Under the pieces are notes generated by a model, which had not been told where the DNA came from, searched no databases, and worked only from the letters and a program-made list of their open reading frames with translations. A stretch of DNA of 63,844 bases, the filler included, from Octopus bimaculoides (lineage: Eukaryota): NCBI RefSeq assembly GCF_001194135.2. It is 6 parts of 6 records of this genome, joined end to end, with 100 filler letters (N's around TTAATTAATTAA, not from the genome) between each part and the next. Parts side by side here need not be neighbours in the genome. Positions count along the whole stretch, not along the records: positions 22,711 to 40,023 come from NC_068991.1; 5 more parts are not named here. One strand, 5' to 3'. Of the stretch, positions 26,030 through 38,424 are shown in pieces; positions within the stretch are counted from its first letter, which is position 1, and each line of letters opens with the position of its first letter. The position numbers and the translations under genes were made by a program.

Positions 26030-29000
26030 ACACAGTGTGCGATACACTAATAGTGCATGTGATCAACCTCAATGTGATCATAGGCATTATTTACCGTCCT
26101 CCTGATGCTATTAATCATGGAAATCACTTTAGGGACGCTTTATCACTCATAAATCAAACCCTAAGTGCTGCCAGTCCACAGGCTAATATCCTTTTAACAA
26201 GGGACTTCACTTTTCCTAATTTCAACTGGCCTGAGGGCTGCATCCAATCTGGGAACTACAAAACTAAACAGGAGAGATATAATGAAAGCCTTTCTCATGC
26301 AACAAATCATTGCCTATCCAACTAGGGAAAATAACATACTCGACCTAACCTTTATCATTAATACAGACATTATTCACAATGTTCAGGTCATTCCAACAGC
26401 TATTTTTGACCACGACATGATGCAAATATCTGTATATGGTTCAAAGATAACAATACGCACAAGTAATATCAAATATGACTCACCCCTCATGAAATTGAAT
26501 TTTAGGAAGGCCAACTGGGAAGAAATCAAAAAGTGAGATCTTCAAACCAAACTGGTCTCAGCATATTGCCAGCCTCAATGATAATGAGGGAATGAAGTTT
26601 CTCTACAACCAGGTAACTATGAGCTGTCAGAAGCATGCTCCATTTTCCGCAAAAATTTGATTCAAAGGGATAGACGGATACTGATACGTAACAGAACCAA
26701 AGTGACAAAACAATTGAAGAACTTAACTCTCTCTACAGACGAGATTGCGAAAAAAGTAAGAAAATAAGGAACATTGAACTAGACCTCAAGATGTCTTATG
26801 AAAAAGCTTCGCTAAAGGAACACCTAATAGTGGAAAATAGAAAAGCTAATTCTAAGTTCTTTTTCCACTTTGCTAAACAAAAATCATCAACATATAACCA
26901 AACTGGCCCACTAATGGGCCAAAATGGATCAGATACTAAAGATTCATCACAGATATGGGCAGTCTTGAGTCAACAATACAACAGCACTTTCTTTCAACCT
27001 ATGATTGACAAAATAGTTCATAATCTAAAGGAATTCTTTGATCTCCAGAATTCAACTGCACAGATACGTCTAGAGATTTAGATATTATGGAAGAAGACAT
27101 AGTTACAGCTATTAATGATCTATCAAGTTCAGTAAAAAGTAAGCAACATTTTGAAACATGAAATTCATCAGAATATATTTCAGCAATGCAGAAATTTTAT
27201 TCATCATAGTAAATACCATTACAATCAACACATTTTGGCTAACGAGTTACAAGTTTGTTTATTCTGGTTACATAAAGATCTGGGGTTCTGGAGCTGATGA
27301 ACTCTTTGAACGCACTTTCAGCATCGGTTTGATTTTTGAACTCCATCTCTCACAGGAAATCATCAAAGTGCTTGAAAAAGTGATAGTCGGTAGGAGAAAG
27401 GTCTGGGGAATAAGCTGGGTGGGGAAGAACTTCATAGCCAGTTTCCCTCAACTTTTGGAGCGTCATTAGTGAAACGTATGGTCGAGCATTGTCATGAAAA
27501 AGGATTGGCCCTCTTCTTTTAACCTGTCTGGGACAAAGGAGTAGCAGTTTTTCGTTCATTTTTGGCAATATCTGCAGTAATGGCTTTTCTGGGTTTTAAG
27601 TTATAGTGGATGAGTTCATCAGTACACCACCAATCAGTCACACAACCTTATTTTTGAAGAGCTCGGGTTTAGAGAAAGTCTTCGGTGCTTCATTTTGGTC
27701 CAAGAACTGCAAAGAACGTTTTTTTATTATTGTACAGAATCCACTTTTTATCGCAAGTTACAATACGGTCGAGAAATGGATCGGCTTGGTTACGGAGAAG
27801 AAGGAGCAAATTTCATATCTGCGCATTTTCTGATTTCCAGTCAAATCGTATGGTATCCATTTGTCGAGCTTTTTTGATTTTTCGATCGCACGCAAATAGA
27901 TGCAGGCAGTTATTTGGCTAACTTGAAGTTCTTTTGCCAGTTCTCGGGTAGTTTTATGTGGATCTTTCTCAATGAGGGATCCTTCTCAGTGACGCTGTCG
28001 ATGACAGATGGGTATCCACTACGCTCATGATCTTCAAGGCTCAGGTCTCCACTTACAAAAACAGCCTCGCAAAGTCATTAGAGTTGCTATTTCAAAAGTC
28101 GCTTGAAACCGGCATATTCCCAGAACTATTGAAAGAAGCAAACATAAAGGAGGTAGCAAGGCTTAAGCTAAAAATTACAGACCTGTTTCTCTCAAATCTC
28201 ACACATCTAAAATTGTAGAACGCATTGTCCGAAAAACAATAGCTGCATATCTTGAGGAAAACAACCTCTTAAATAATACACAGCATGGTTCCAGACTGGA
28301 CGAAGTTACCTGACACAAATATTATAACATCATAACACTATCCTCAATAATCTCCTGAACAGAAAGGACACTGGCTGCATATACCTTGATTCTGTTAAAG
28401 CGTTTGACAAGATTGATTATGGAATCATCAGTCATAGGATAAGGGATCTTGGTATCATAGGAAAAGTGGGAGAATGGCTCTTTGGCTTCCTACAGGATGG
28501 GAATCAATCTGTTACAGCAAGCGGTTATCTCTCAGCAAAGTCACCCGTAATAAGTGGAATACCTCAAGGTAGGGTTCTAAGACCGTTATAATTTACCATA
28601 ACCCTGTTATAAACTCACAGGTGCAATCGGCCAACCTAATGAGTTAGGCCGACGACACAAAAATATCAATGGTTATCCAAACTCCAGAAGATTCCATCAC
28701 ACCCCAGAATGACCTAAACATCATTTATCAATGGGCGAATAAAAAAAATATGAAATTTAATGCATCAAAATTTCAGACCCTTCATTATGGAAGGAATAGA
28801 CATAAATCCCAATATTTGGCACTAGATAATACAATAATTCAGAGCACTGACTACATACGGGATTTAGAAATAATCATGTCAAATGGAGCATCTTTCATCG
28901 GTCACATAACCAAACTGACCTCTAAATGCAGACACCTCATGGGATGGATCCTACGAAGCCTCACAACAAGAGAACCGGTAGTTATGCTAACTTTATGGAA

Positions 29001-29640
29001 AACCTTAGTCCTGAGCAGATTAGATAACTATTTGCAGCTTTGATCTCCAAATTTACCCGGTCTCATAGAAGAAATTGAAGGGTTACAAAGAACAGTAAAA
29101 TAACTTTGGTTAATTGCCTTAATTACTGGGAACGCCTGAAAACTCTGGGTCTCTACTCTCTTGAACGCCGAAGAAAGAGATATACTATTATATACATATG
29201 GAAGATCCTGGGAGTGCATGTTCCAAACATTGGCATTAAAGTGAATTTTAATGCACGAACTGATAGGTACTGTCAGCTTCTAAATATACCATCTTCAACC
29301 TCACGAGTAAAAATGCACTTCTGTACCAGTCTAATAAACAGAGGTCTTCAAATATTAACTGCTTACCTAAAGAGATTAGAAATATAAAAGGGATCTTTAC
29401 TGAAACTTTCAAAAAAGCATTGAATGAACTCCTAACGATGATACCGGACCGACAAACCATTCGACGACAAACCATTCAACGACAAACCATACACTCAGGG
29501 GAGATCAGCAACTACAAACTTGATCATCGACCAACTTTCAATCATAAAGCAACCACACAACTAAAGAATAAAAAAAAATTAAGTTGGTGCTCCAGCATGG
29601 CCGTAGTCCAACAACTGAAATCACTAAAAGAATAAAAGAA
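26030..29640 (+). mobile_element. CR1/L2-superclade LINE (APE endonuclease plus RT), degenerate, split by a mariner insertion
   Basis: Endonuclease motifs IIGIIYRPPD, LLTRDF (GDF-like), NILDLTF and FDHD; RT motifs QHG, KAFDKID, SGIPQG and ADDTK; C-terminal LNYWERLKTLGLYSLERRRKRY. Short 3' UTR ending taaaagaataaaagaa. Confidence 0.9.
27123..28058 (-). mobile_element. Mariner transposase fragment with one TIR, nested in the LINE
   Basis: SGDLSLEDHERSG, KSKKLDKWIPYDLT, ILFHDNARP and HPAYSPDLSPTDYHFF. TA followed by the TIR-like tcaagttcagtaaaaagtaagcaacatttt at 27121. The element's 5' part and second TIR are absent. Confidence 0.92.
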
Positions 29641-30167
29641 TATACATGTATATATACATTTATATATAGATATATAGATATACAGAGAAAGAGAAGAGTG
29701 GTACTCAGTTCCACACGAAAAGTTCCAGTTATTAAATATAGTTAACTAGAAGCAAATGGCTGAGTGCTACTTTCATTTGTTCATTCGTATGTGCCTATAT
29801 ATATAAGCAAATTCCTTTGATTGAGAGGTGACACCGTCCTTCTTGCGCATGCGTGACAATTTACGCACTGGTAGGTTGTGTCAGTTTATTGTTATTACGC
29901 CTAGAATACTGATGTGTAGCGTACGCTCGTCGGATTTTTGTCTTCAGGTGTTACTCAGGTACTCAACTATGAGTACACAGCATTTAATAGCGGAAACAGC
30001 TATAAGCTAACGAAGTTCATAACATAATCATTTATTACTTTGTCGTTTCCTTTTTATTGTTACCGCTCTGTACTCGACTAAGGCTTAGTTCTGAAGCATA
30101 CGTATATTGAGTTCTATACAAAGTTACTAGGATCGCAATGTTTAAGCGATACACACACACACACACT

Positions 30168-30200
<33 letters not shown>

Positions 30201-30207
30201 ACAAACA

Positions 30208-30411
30208 CGAGCGAGTGCTGAAGAATTCCTAACTTTGGGTCAAAGAAAATACATGAGGATCAGTGAATTATGACTTTCTTCAGCATCTTCTCTCAGATTC
30301 ATAGACTTATTGCACCGATCCTTCAGTTTTTCTAAGTCTTGTAAAAGAACTCGTAATGTTCAACCAGGCGTTTCGCGATACCCTTAAAGCCAGGAACTTC
30401 TCAGTACCTCA
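30208..30411 (-). mobile_element. Mariner-derived MITE (~200 bp)
   Basis: Imperfect TIRs cgagcgagtgctgaagaattcctaacttt and aaagccaggaacttctcagtacctcat. The interior resembles a mariner ORF end. Confidence 0.65.
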
Positions 30412-30770
30412 TATATCGATAGACGAAAGTTTCACTGTGACCAAGCTGTTTTAGACTCTTTGGGACTATCCCTCGGTGGTGGTGTAATTATTGTTGTTGC
30501 TTTTGTCCTATCGGCTACCTTTTGTAGCCATGGTAACTTTGTTGTTTTCCTCGTTGTTATTGTTGTTACTTCACGGGTTGTTGCTAGTGTTGTATTTGTC
30601 TCTGGTTAGGCTACGTTCTGTAGCCACGGAAAAAAGGGGTAGGGATTGGTAGATTGTAGTCATTGTTGCTGTTACTTCCTGTATTGTTGATTTTGTTGCT
30701 GTTGTACTTGTTTTTGTCATTGTCTGAACTACCTTCTGTACTTCTGTAGCTTGCTGCTGCCACTCTGTGT

Positions 30771-30777
<7 letters not shown>

Positions 30778-30845
<68 letters not shown>

Positions 30846-30870
30846 ACAGTAGCAGCTGCAGCAGTGGTAG
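30778..30870. repeat. (CAG)n/(TAG)n trinucleotide tract at the end of a GTT-rich low-complexity region (30470-30780)
   Basis: Directly visible. Confidence 0.95.
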
Positions 30871-31091
30871 TATGGATGGTTAGTTAGCAAAAGTCAGGTT
30901 AACATATGCGACTTTTACTCACTCCTCAGAGTTTAAACTAGCCATTTCACATTTTGGGAAGTTGGAGCGCAACAAAAGAAAACGTTTTGGAAGTATATCG
31001 AAAACATACGTGACCCCAGCAGTGCTTGCTTGGTCATTTACGGAAGCTAATGAAGGTACTGCGTATCACTATCATTATTATTACTATCATT

Positions 31092-31521
31092 AAGGCGGCG
31101 AGCTTGGCAGAATCGTTAGTACGCCGGGCGAAATACTTAGCAGTATTTCGTCTGCTGTTACATTCTGAGCTCAAATTCCGCCGAGGTCAACTTTGCCTTT
31201 CATCCTTTCGAGGTCGGTAAATTAAGTACCAGTTACGCTCTGGGGTCGATGTAATCGACTTAATTCCTTTGACTGTCCTTGTTTGTCCCCTCTGTGTTTA
31301 GCCCCTTGTAGGCAATAAAGAAATAAGAAACGTTAGCACGCTGGATGAAATGCTTAGTGGTATTTCGCCTGTCGCGACGTTTTGAGTTCAAATTCTGCTG
31401 AGGTCGACTTTACCTTTCATCCTTTAAGGGTCGATAAATTAAGTACCAGTAACACACTGGGGTTGACGTAATCGACTCATCCACTCCCCCAAAATTGCTG
31501 CCCTTCAGCCAAAATTTGAAA
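31092..31521 (+). mobile_element. Dimeric SINE family B
   Basis: Monomer 1 ends ggcaataaagaaataag and monomer 2 begins aaacgttagcacgc (31328). The second monomer has the ccccaaaatt tail variant. Confidence 0.85.
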
Positions 31522-32739
31522 CCATTATTATCACTATCATTGCTTTGCTACCACTGTCGTTATCGTTATAACTATTAAAGAAAGCTTCATGTTACATACA
31601 TGATAGTATGCATGTGTAATTTCGAACATATACTTCAAGTGATAATCGAAAATAATGTTTGGTGCCTTTAACATCATTTCTGTCAGGTTCCTGGTAAATT
31701 TAAGCTCGGTTTTCGAGATGTTAACCGATTGATTTTTCATATTTTGGGGAGCTACAATTGTAGGCGTCCACCTTTCTATTCAGCTTCATCTTGTTTCTTG
31801 TATTTAAAATGTGGTAGAAGCTGCCACATTTAGGAAATATTAGTTCTGTGACAAACATCGGTAAGCAGGATTGGTGAAGTTGAGAAACAAAGATCTTTCG
31901 ATATTTCTTTCCGTTTCTTTGTATTCTCAAGGGCTGAAATAAATGCTGAGGCGCGAGCCAACGAAAAAAAAAACGAAAAAAAAACAAATAATAATTTGAG
32001 TGAGCCTACCACGGCTGACGTTGAACCTCGTAAAGGTGCTACCTGAAAAACACAAGCAACTGATAATAGTCTTTCTGACAAAACCACCTCTTACTCATGC
32101 ATTTGTAGAATTTCCACCTAATGTTTTTAAGCCTTTATTTATGCTCGCTGTGGCCATTCTTCATTTAAAAGTAGTTATACAATCATGTATATTCATTTAT
32201 GACATTTCATAAAAAGAATACTGCCTTACTGACCAAAGTGATATAGAATTTCAAAAAGAAAAAAAAGACAGCAAATTATTTTTGTTCATGATTAGAACGG
32301 CTTTTCTATACAATGGTGGTAGAAGTGAATACAGTCTACAGTAAATGCATCAAATGAATTATTAACTAATTGTTCAAGCAAATATAATAGGTCTTTCGGT
32401 AAAATACCAGAGCAACTTTTAATCTTTTGTTTAGGTGTGGGTACGTATGTTCATTTTCCGTCATAGACTATTCACTTTTACTTTGTCTACATTTTCCTTG
32501 ACCTAGCAATTAGTAAGTAAAACTCCTTCTTGGACTTCAATCAACTCATTCATTTTAATTTTTATTGGAAATTCTTTGAATACTACTCTTGTACATTTAG
32601 TACTCATTAGTACTACTTCAGTCATTACACAACCCAACAGGTCTTTTGTTGTAAGGACGTTTTTGGTTGATTTGAAAGGGTTTTTTTTATATGCTGAATC
32701 CAAAAATAGAATTCATTTCTTTAACCATCACGTTAGATT

Positions 32740-33790
32740 ACAAAACCCCCAATCATCAGCAGGTGGTTTGCGTGGACTTTAAGATGGTCTATTTTCTTCT
32801 GGGGAAACAAGATGAAAACACAAAATATCAATGCTTTTGTATATGTGGGACAGCAGATCCAGAGACTAAAGAATGGCCGCGGCGTGCATTAGTTCTAGGG
32901 CCATTTAACGTGATTCAATAGCTTTTAGTTCATCCGAGAAAAACATCCTACTTCCATTCCATATCAAACTTGTCGTTAGGAAGTAATTATTCAACGTTCT
33001 GTGTACATATGCACCATGCTTAAACTATATCTGCAGCATATTTCCCGGTCTGAGCAATGAAAAGATAAAAGCTGGATTATTTGCTGGGCCTCAAATCAGA
33101 ACATTGATGAAAGATGGGAATTTTATAAATTCAATAAATTATATTTATTAAAGCAGCAGCATGGAATTCATTCGTAATAGTTGTAAATGACTTCCTTGGC
33201 AACAAGAAAGCAGTCAGCTATGCTGGAATAGTCAACAGCATATTGGAGAACTTTCAAAAGTGTGAGCAAATATGAGCACAAAGCTGCAGTGTCGCCACAA
33301 TCACCTTGATAAGTTCCTTGAAAACCTTGGTGATGCAAGTGACAGGCAGGGAGAACATTTCCATCAATGGAACAAAGGTATCAAAGCAGATGGGACTAGC
33401 ATATAATGGCGTACTATTGCTTGATCGTGATCTTCCTGAGGTTCAGCACTCAAAAAAATCATCCAAATGCAAATTCATGGGAAATTAGGTATAAACAATG
33501 ATGTAAGCGATCTGTAAAACTTTTAAGATTTTTACTAGATTTTCAGTAGAATTTTAAGAAGACATTCTGGTTTTTAGAAAAAATCACTTTCTATGTATGT
33601 TTATATACTATACCTTGTTCCTCAGAAGCTGTTTTATTGAAAACAATGAAATTCTATGTATCCAGTATCTTAAAATCGTGACGTAATGGTAATAAATGGA
33701 TATCATTTTCGAGGTCTCTGTATAAAACACCTCTCGTTCATGTTCAACTTTTTTGACATAGACAAAAGATTTTTTTGTTGGACTATTTTA
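32740..33790 (+). mobile_element. Degenerate DNA transposase, C-terminal half; resembles Chapaev3/CMC-type elements
   Basis: Stitched frames give VCVDFKMVYFLLGKQ..NTKYQCF.YMWDSR, ILLPFHIKL, FPGLSNEKIKAGLFAGPQIR, AWNSF..VVNDFLGN, HLDKFLENLGDASDRQGEHFHQ and MEQRYQSRWD. The family name is from recall only. Confidence 0.7.
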
Positions 33791-34514
33791 TCGCTATTGA
33801 TCTAAACTTTTAAATCTTAAACTAATTTTCAATTTGATTTAAATCACTTTAATCATTTAATTTCCCATATATTCCTGTTTCATGATTTTATCATTTTAAC
33901 AAGTTTTCACGTCACTAGGGCTTTATATTTTATATGTGCTTTATAATTTTTACCCTACCTGTTTCCTATAATCTTCACCTTGTCGGATTTTACAATAAGT
34001 GCAATGTTTATTATTTTATTTTAAATATCTTTATAAAAGTTTATTAAATTTCAAATTAAGATTTTAATTTTGTTACTACAGAGTGTACGATTCTTCAAAT
34101 TTTAATAAAAAATTTCCCAATCTTTACCCTGTAATAAGTCACATTTTTTATTACTTCTTCTGAGTACTAGAATTTATAATTTCAGTTTCTACTTATATTT
34201 CCTTATTATTCGCACTCATATTGTGACTGAAGTCGGATGAAAGATCATCCGGTGGATTGTACCTGCAATTCAAATCAGCCAGTTTCGTTATACACTACAT
34301 CAAGCTGATTCTCCTTGATGAATACACCCAAATAATCCGTGGAATACTCAACCACATACAATAAAACAATGAACTGACTATTCATTTGATTTGAAGAACT
34401 GGAATACACATTGTCAAATCTGTATTAAATTTTTTCTCTGCTATTATTGTCTGTTGCAGAGATGTTGCTTTCATTCTCTTCATATTTCAGTTTGATTAAC
34501 TCGTGCTTTTGTTT

Positions 34515-35732
34515 CTATATTTTGTGCTTAATTCCAAACAAATATTTAACCTCGTCTATAAAATTCTGATGTCTGAAACTATAAATTATTGGATTTAAAC
34601 TTGAGTTAATGTATAAAGTATGTCGTGCGAGCCAATAGAATATACCTGCCGTTACCGACATTGTGTCTTCAGACTTCAATATTGCATTCACTATCATGGC
34701 GATAACGCTGGGTATATAAGTCACTATAAGGATTATAGTTACCATCAACATTGTTACAGTGTTTCGCTGTAACCTTTTGGTTTGTTCTCTTGCTCGTCTT
34801 ACTCTGTATGTCTCCTGCAATTTACTTGCGAGAAGTACAGTGTTTTTTGTACCCAAGTTTGATTTGTCTTCCGGTGACACTCCAGATGGTGAGCCTATTC
34901 TGGACAATTCTTCATTAGAATTCAAAGCTAATTGGTTAATATCATTGATTTTTGGTATATTACTCCATCGTCGTTGAGCTTCATCAGGATACAAGGCACT
35001 TCTAATGCTTTTCCTATTTTGTTGTAATTCAATACTGTTTTCTTCCTTGACTTTCATTTTTCGAAGAATTATGGTGTAAACTACACAGAGAAAAATGAGC
35101 GTAAACATTGTTAAGAGAAAATAGAAAGCGAAGAATCCAAGTTGATAATAGTTAAGCTTCTTGTAGATTTTTGCTGAGCAAGAATAGCTATAGATACCAG
35201 GATAATTAGTCGGTTTCCGGATACTTCCGTAGTAAAGAATAGCAATACTTCCCTGTATTGCGGAGAAAACAAATATAAATACCGTAATAATTTTAGCAGC
35301 TTTCATTGTTATCTGAGGTTTCAGCAGATGGCATACTTTTCTGTATCTATCCGTTGCAATGGCCATTAGAAAACCACAGTTACAAAGTCCTACAAATACA
35401 GATAAACACATATGATTTTTGCACATTGAATCCCAGGTCGTCATCATGGGGTAAACATTTTGAACAATGCGACTTGGTGATACAACAGCACAAAGTATCA
35501 AATCAGCACAAGCCAGCATGACGACAAACAAATAAGTTGGTGATAATTTCAAGCGAAATCCGTAAATGTAAATAGTTAAAATGTTTCCAACGAAACCTAT
35601 AGTCATTGTTAATATAACTAGAATGGTAGATGGGATTCTTATCAAAACTTGTTGTCTGTTGAGTTCTTCGATGGTGACACTATATTCGGTACCGTTTGTT
35701 GTTCCATTCTGCATTGAATCAGTAAATAACAT
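34515..35732 (-). CDS. Class A (rhodopsin-like) GPCR, peptide-receptor-like orphan, 405 aa, uninterrupted ORF
   Basis: Seven hydrophobic segments; GN in TM1, LACADL in TM2, Cys atop TM3, DRY, Cys in ECL2, YIP in TM6 and NSSLNPIIY in TM7. Two N-terminal NGT glycosylation sequons and a long ICL3. ATG at 35732. Confidence 0.96.
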   Translation of the reverse strand: MLFTDSMQNGTTNGTEYSVTIEELNRQQVLIRIPSTILVILTMTIGFVGNILTIYIYGFRLKLSPTYLFVVMLACADLILCAVVSPSRIVQNVYPMMTTWDSMCKNHMCLSVFVGLCNCGFLMAIATDRYRKVCHLLKPQITMKAAKIITVFIFVFSAIQGSIAILYYGSIRKPTNYPGIYSYSCSAKIYKKLNYYQLGFFAFYFLLTMFTLIFLCVVYTIILRKMKVKEENSIELQQNRKSIRSALYPDEAQRRWSNIPKINDINQLALNSNEELSRIGSPSGVSPEDKSNLGTKNTVLLASKLQETYRVRRAREQTKRLQRNTVTMLMVTIILIVTYIPSVIAMIVNAILKSEDTMSVTAGIFYWLARHTLYINSSLNPIIYSFRHQNFIDEVKYLFGIKHKI

Positions 35733-35770
35733 CTTTTTTCTGATTTTGGGGCGTGTTTTCTCTGTTCAAT

Positions 35771-35815
35771 CTGAAGAAGAAAAAAAGAACAGAAAAACAC
35801 AGAAAAATGTTAAAT
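35771..35815 (-). promoter_or_regulatory. Candidate 3' splice acceptor of a 5'-UTR intron of the GPCR
   Basis: Minus strand reads tttaac (branch-like) atttttctgtgtttttctgttctttttttcttcttcag, ending 38 nt before the ATG. Confidence 0.7.
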
Positions 35816-36599
35816 CTATTTCGACTACCACAACCATTCCTAACCTTAGAATTTATAAGCCGCTTTTTTCTTTGAAACATCCCTGCATACTTATATATTC
35901 CTATCTCTATCTTTCCTTTATATTTATACGGTCCATCCGACCTGTGAGTCTTTTGTTTTTGCTACCTTGATCCTCGTTTTTAAATACTATTTCCGTTCTC
36001 CTTACTCTACTATCCAGGACATCACCCAGCTACCCCTTATCTACTACAAGTAGTTTTTGATGGTTCAATCAAACATCTCGTTGGCTCAGTAAGATAATAC
36101 GGCTGATGGGTTTCGAAAGGGAGTGCTGAAATACCACACTGTGTTCATAGATATGACTGGTAGACCAAGCAAATTCTCTACATTCCAGTCACAGGAAACC
36201 AGATTCAATACCAATCACTAGAACTTTCCTCTTGCTTAAGTAAACAGCAGCAAACCGAGCAGGCTGTAACCTGCCAATTCCTTTTCTATGGCGAACACAA
36301 AGCAAGAACAATAACAACAGCAACAACTCTAAAAATAATCACAGACGGTAATTACTTCAAGGACAAGAACCGCAGCAACAACCACAGAAAAAGAACAGTG
36401 GCAACAGATTAATCTTAGTTACAGAAGATAGTCAGAAAAACAAAAATAATAACAACGACAGCAACAACTCCACAAGTAACAATACACATTACAACAACAG
36501 AGCAATCACTACCATCAGCAACAACAATACAAGTAAATTATAAGTGAAATGGACAATACAAATATTTTTTATATAAACGAAATTATTGTATATAGTGCT

Positions 36600-36920
36600 C
36601 ATGTGCACTACAACTAAAAACAAAAAGCCATCAGGTGTACTGTTGGCGTATTTCAGGGAAAATAGAAATTTTGAAGAATGTAGTGCCTCGATAGATAACG
36701 ACTGAGGCTGGTAGTTTATTCCATGCTTCAATAATTCTGAGCGTAAAAACATGTTTCCGAAAGTCATGGGTGCTCTGTTGTTTTTTTTCTTTATTTTGTA
36801 AGCATGTCCGCGAGTGTTTATCATATGGAACTCAAAAAAGTGCCCCAAAATAGGATTCTCTGATTTCAATACACTTGTAATATTCAAGTCATTTAGTGAA
36901 AACCCCATGGAAATCCACCA
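36600..36920 (-). mobile_element. CR1-type LINE 3' fragment
   Basis: HFFEFHMINTRGHAYKIKK, then by frameshift a DFRKHVF...W.KLP-like stretch; the typical CR1 TRGH C-terminus. Confidence 0.7.
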
Positions 36921-37254
36921 AATTGCAACAATACAAATAAATACAAGCAGTAACAACACAAACAAATACAATCAAATAATGACAACTTCGCCCTCATAGG
37001 AAGTAGATAGAAATCACGCAATCTGCAAAGTCGTACTGAAGGTAGCCCATATAAGAGAAGGAAAACACAAAACTTAAACCAAGCGAAACAAATAAAATAC
37101 CAGATTGAGGTCTGGGGGTGTTACAGATTTCTCGAGATGAGTCATGGTAGACAGTCCATCTACCGATGGTGTCACAATAAAATACTAGTTGGTGGTAACC
37201 TAAAAACACAGCAGCAATTATGCGTGAAATGCACAATACAAATATAGCAGATAA

Positions 37255-37805
37255 CGACTCTGATCACCTTCAAAATAAGTTCGTCTGACTTCGATGCCCC
37301 TGTGGCCCTTCAGTCAATTTGTGAAGGTTCCATGAAAACCTGCCAAGGTGAAAGTGTCGAGGACTCTTGTCACAGTCTCCTTCATTTCTAAAATGACTGC
37401 CTCCGTGATACGCCTTCAGCTTGGTGGACAATCAAAAATCACAGGGACGAAGGCCAGGAATATAAGGAGAACGTGGAACAGTTTTCATGCCCGTCTCTGT
37501 CAAGTAATTGGTTACAAGTATGCTCATCACTGAACACTCTGAGAACAAACTTTGCACACGCATGCTCAGATCTTCACGAATAATTCTGTGTACAGTTGTC
37601 ACACCAACTCCAAATTGTATGCTTATTGTTTTTATAGACACATGACGATCCTCATTCAGAAAATTGCAAATTTTCTCAACCGGCTCCGATGTTTTGACCT
37701 CACTCTCCATCCCACACTTCTCATCCTCTCTCACTTCCTCTCTACTGCCTTTGAGCCTCTTTCATCAAGGAAAAAGTAAACCATAAGCAGCCAGGAGAAT
37801 TTCAG
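37255..37805 (-). mobile_element. Internally deleted mariner derivative
   Basis: HTH segment (FLNEDRHVSIKTISIQFGVGVTTVHRIIREDL) fused to TVPRSPYIPGLRPCDF (a HPPYSPDLAPCDF-like motif) and ...IEVR..YFEGD. TIR-like agccaggagaattttcag at 37788-37805. Confidence 0.75.
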
Positions 37806-38388
37806 ATAAGTTTCTGTAGCATTTTCCCCCAGTTTAAAAAAAAAAAAAACCTTATTGCATAGCGAGTTTCCAAATAGTTTTCACGTTCCCATTGCATTCC
37901 GCAAAGCTAGTCAGCTGCGTCAAGCAGTGTTCAGTAGGATGTGTTCAAAATACTGTTACAGCTATCTTCAACCTGGAATAACTAAAGGTGGCAGGTTAGG
38001 TTATTAGATGTATAAGAACTCTTTCTTTTATAGGCACAAGGCCAGAAATTTTACGAGAGGAGTTAGTCGATTACATCGAATCCAGTGCTCAATTGGTATT
38101 TATTTTATNNNNNNNNNNNNNNNNNNNNNNNNNNNNNNNNNNNNNNNNNNNNNNNNNNNNNNNNNNNNNNNNNNNNNNNNNNNNNNNNNNNNNNNNNNNN
38201 NNNNNNNNNNNNNNNNNNNNNNNNNNNNNNNNNNNNNNNNNNNNNNNNNNNNNNNNNNNNNNNNNNNNNNNNNNNNNNNNNNNNNNNNNNNNNNNNNNNN
38301 NNNNNNNNNNNNNNNNNNNNNNNNNNNNNNNNNNNNNNNNNNNNNNNNNNNNNNNNNNNNNNNNNNNNNNNNNNNNNNNNNNNNNNNN

Positions 38389-38419
<31 letters not shown>

Positions 38420-38424
<5 letters not shown>

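Noticed and set aside
29449-29492. 15-bp triplication (RQTIR/RQTIQ/RQTIH) near the LINE ORF end
   Set aside because: Local slippage in a dead element; no functional implication.
30510-30630. Two GGCTAC-N4-GTAGCC mini-hairpins in a GTT-rich tract
   Set aside because: Short palindromes in low-complexity DNA are expected by local duplication.
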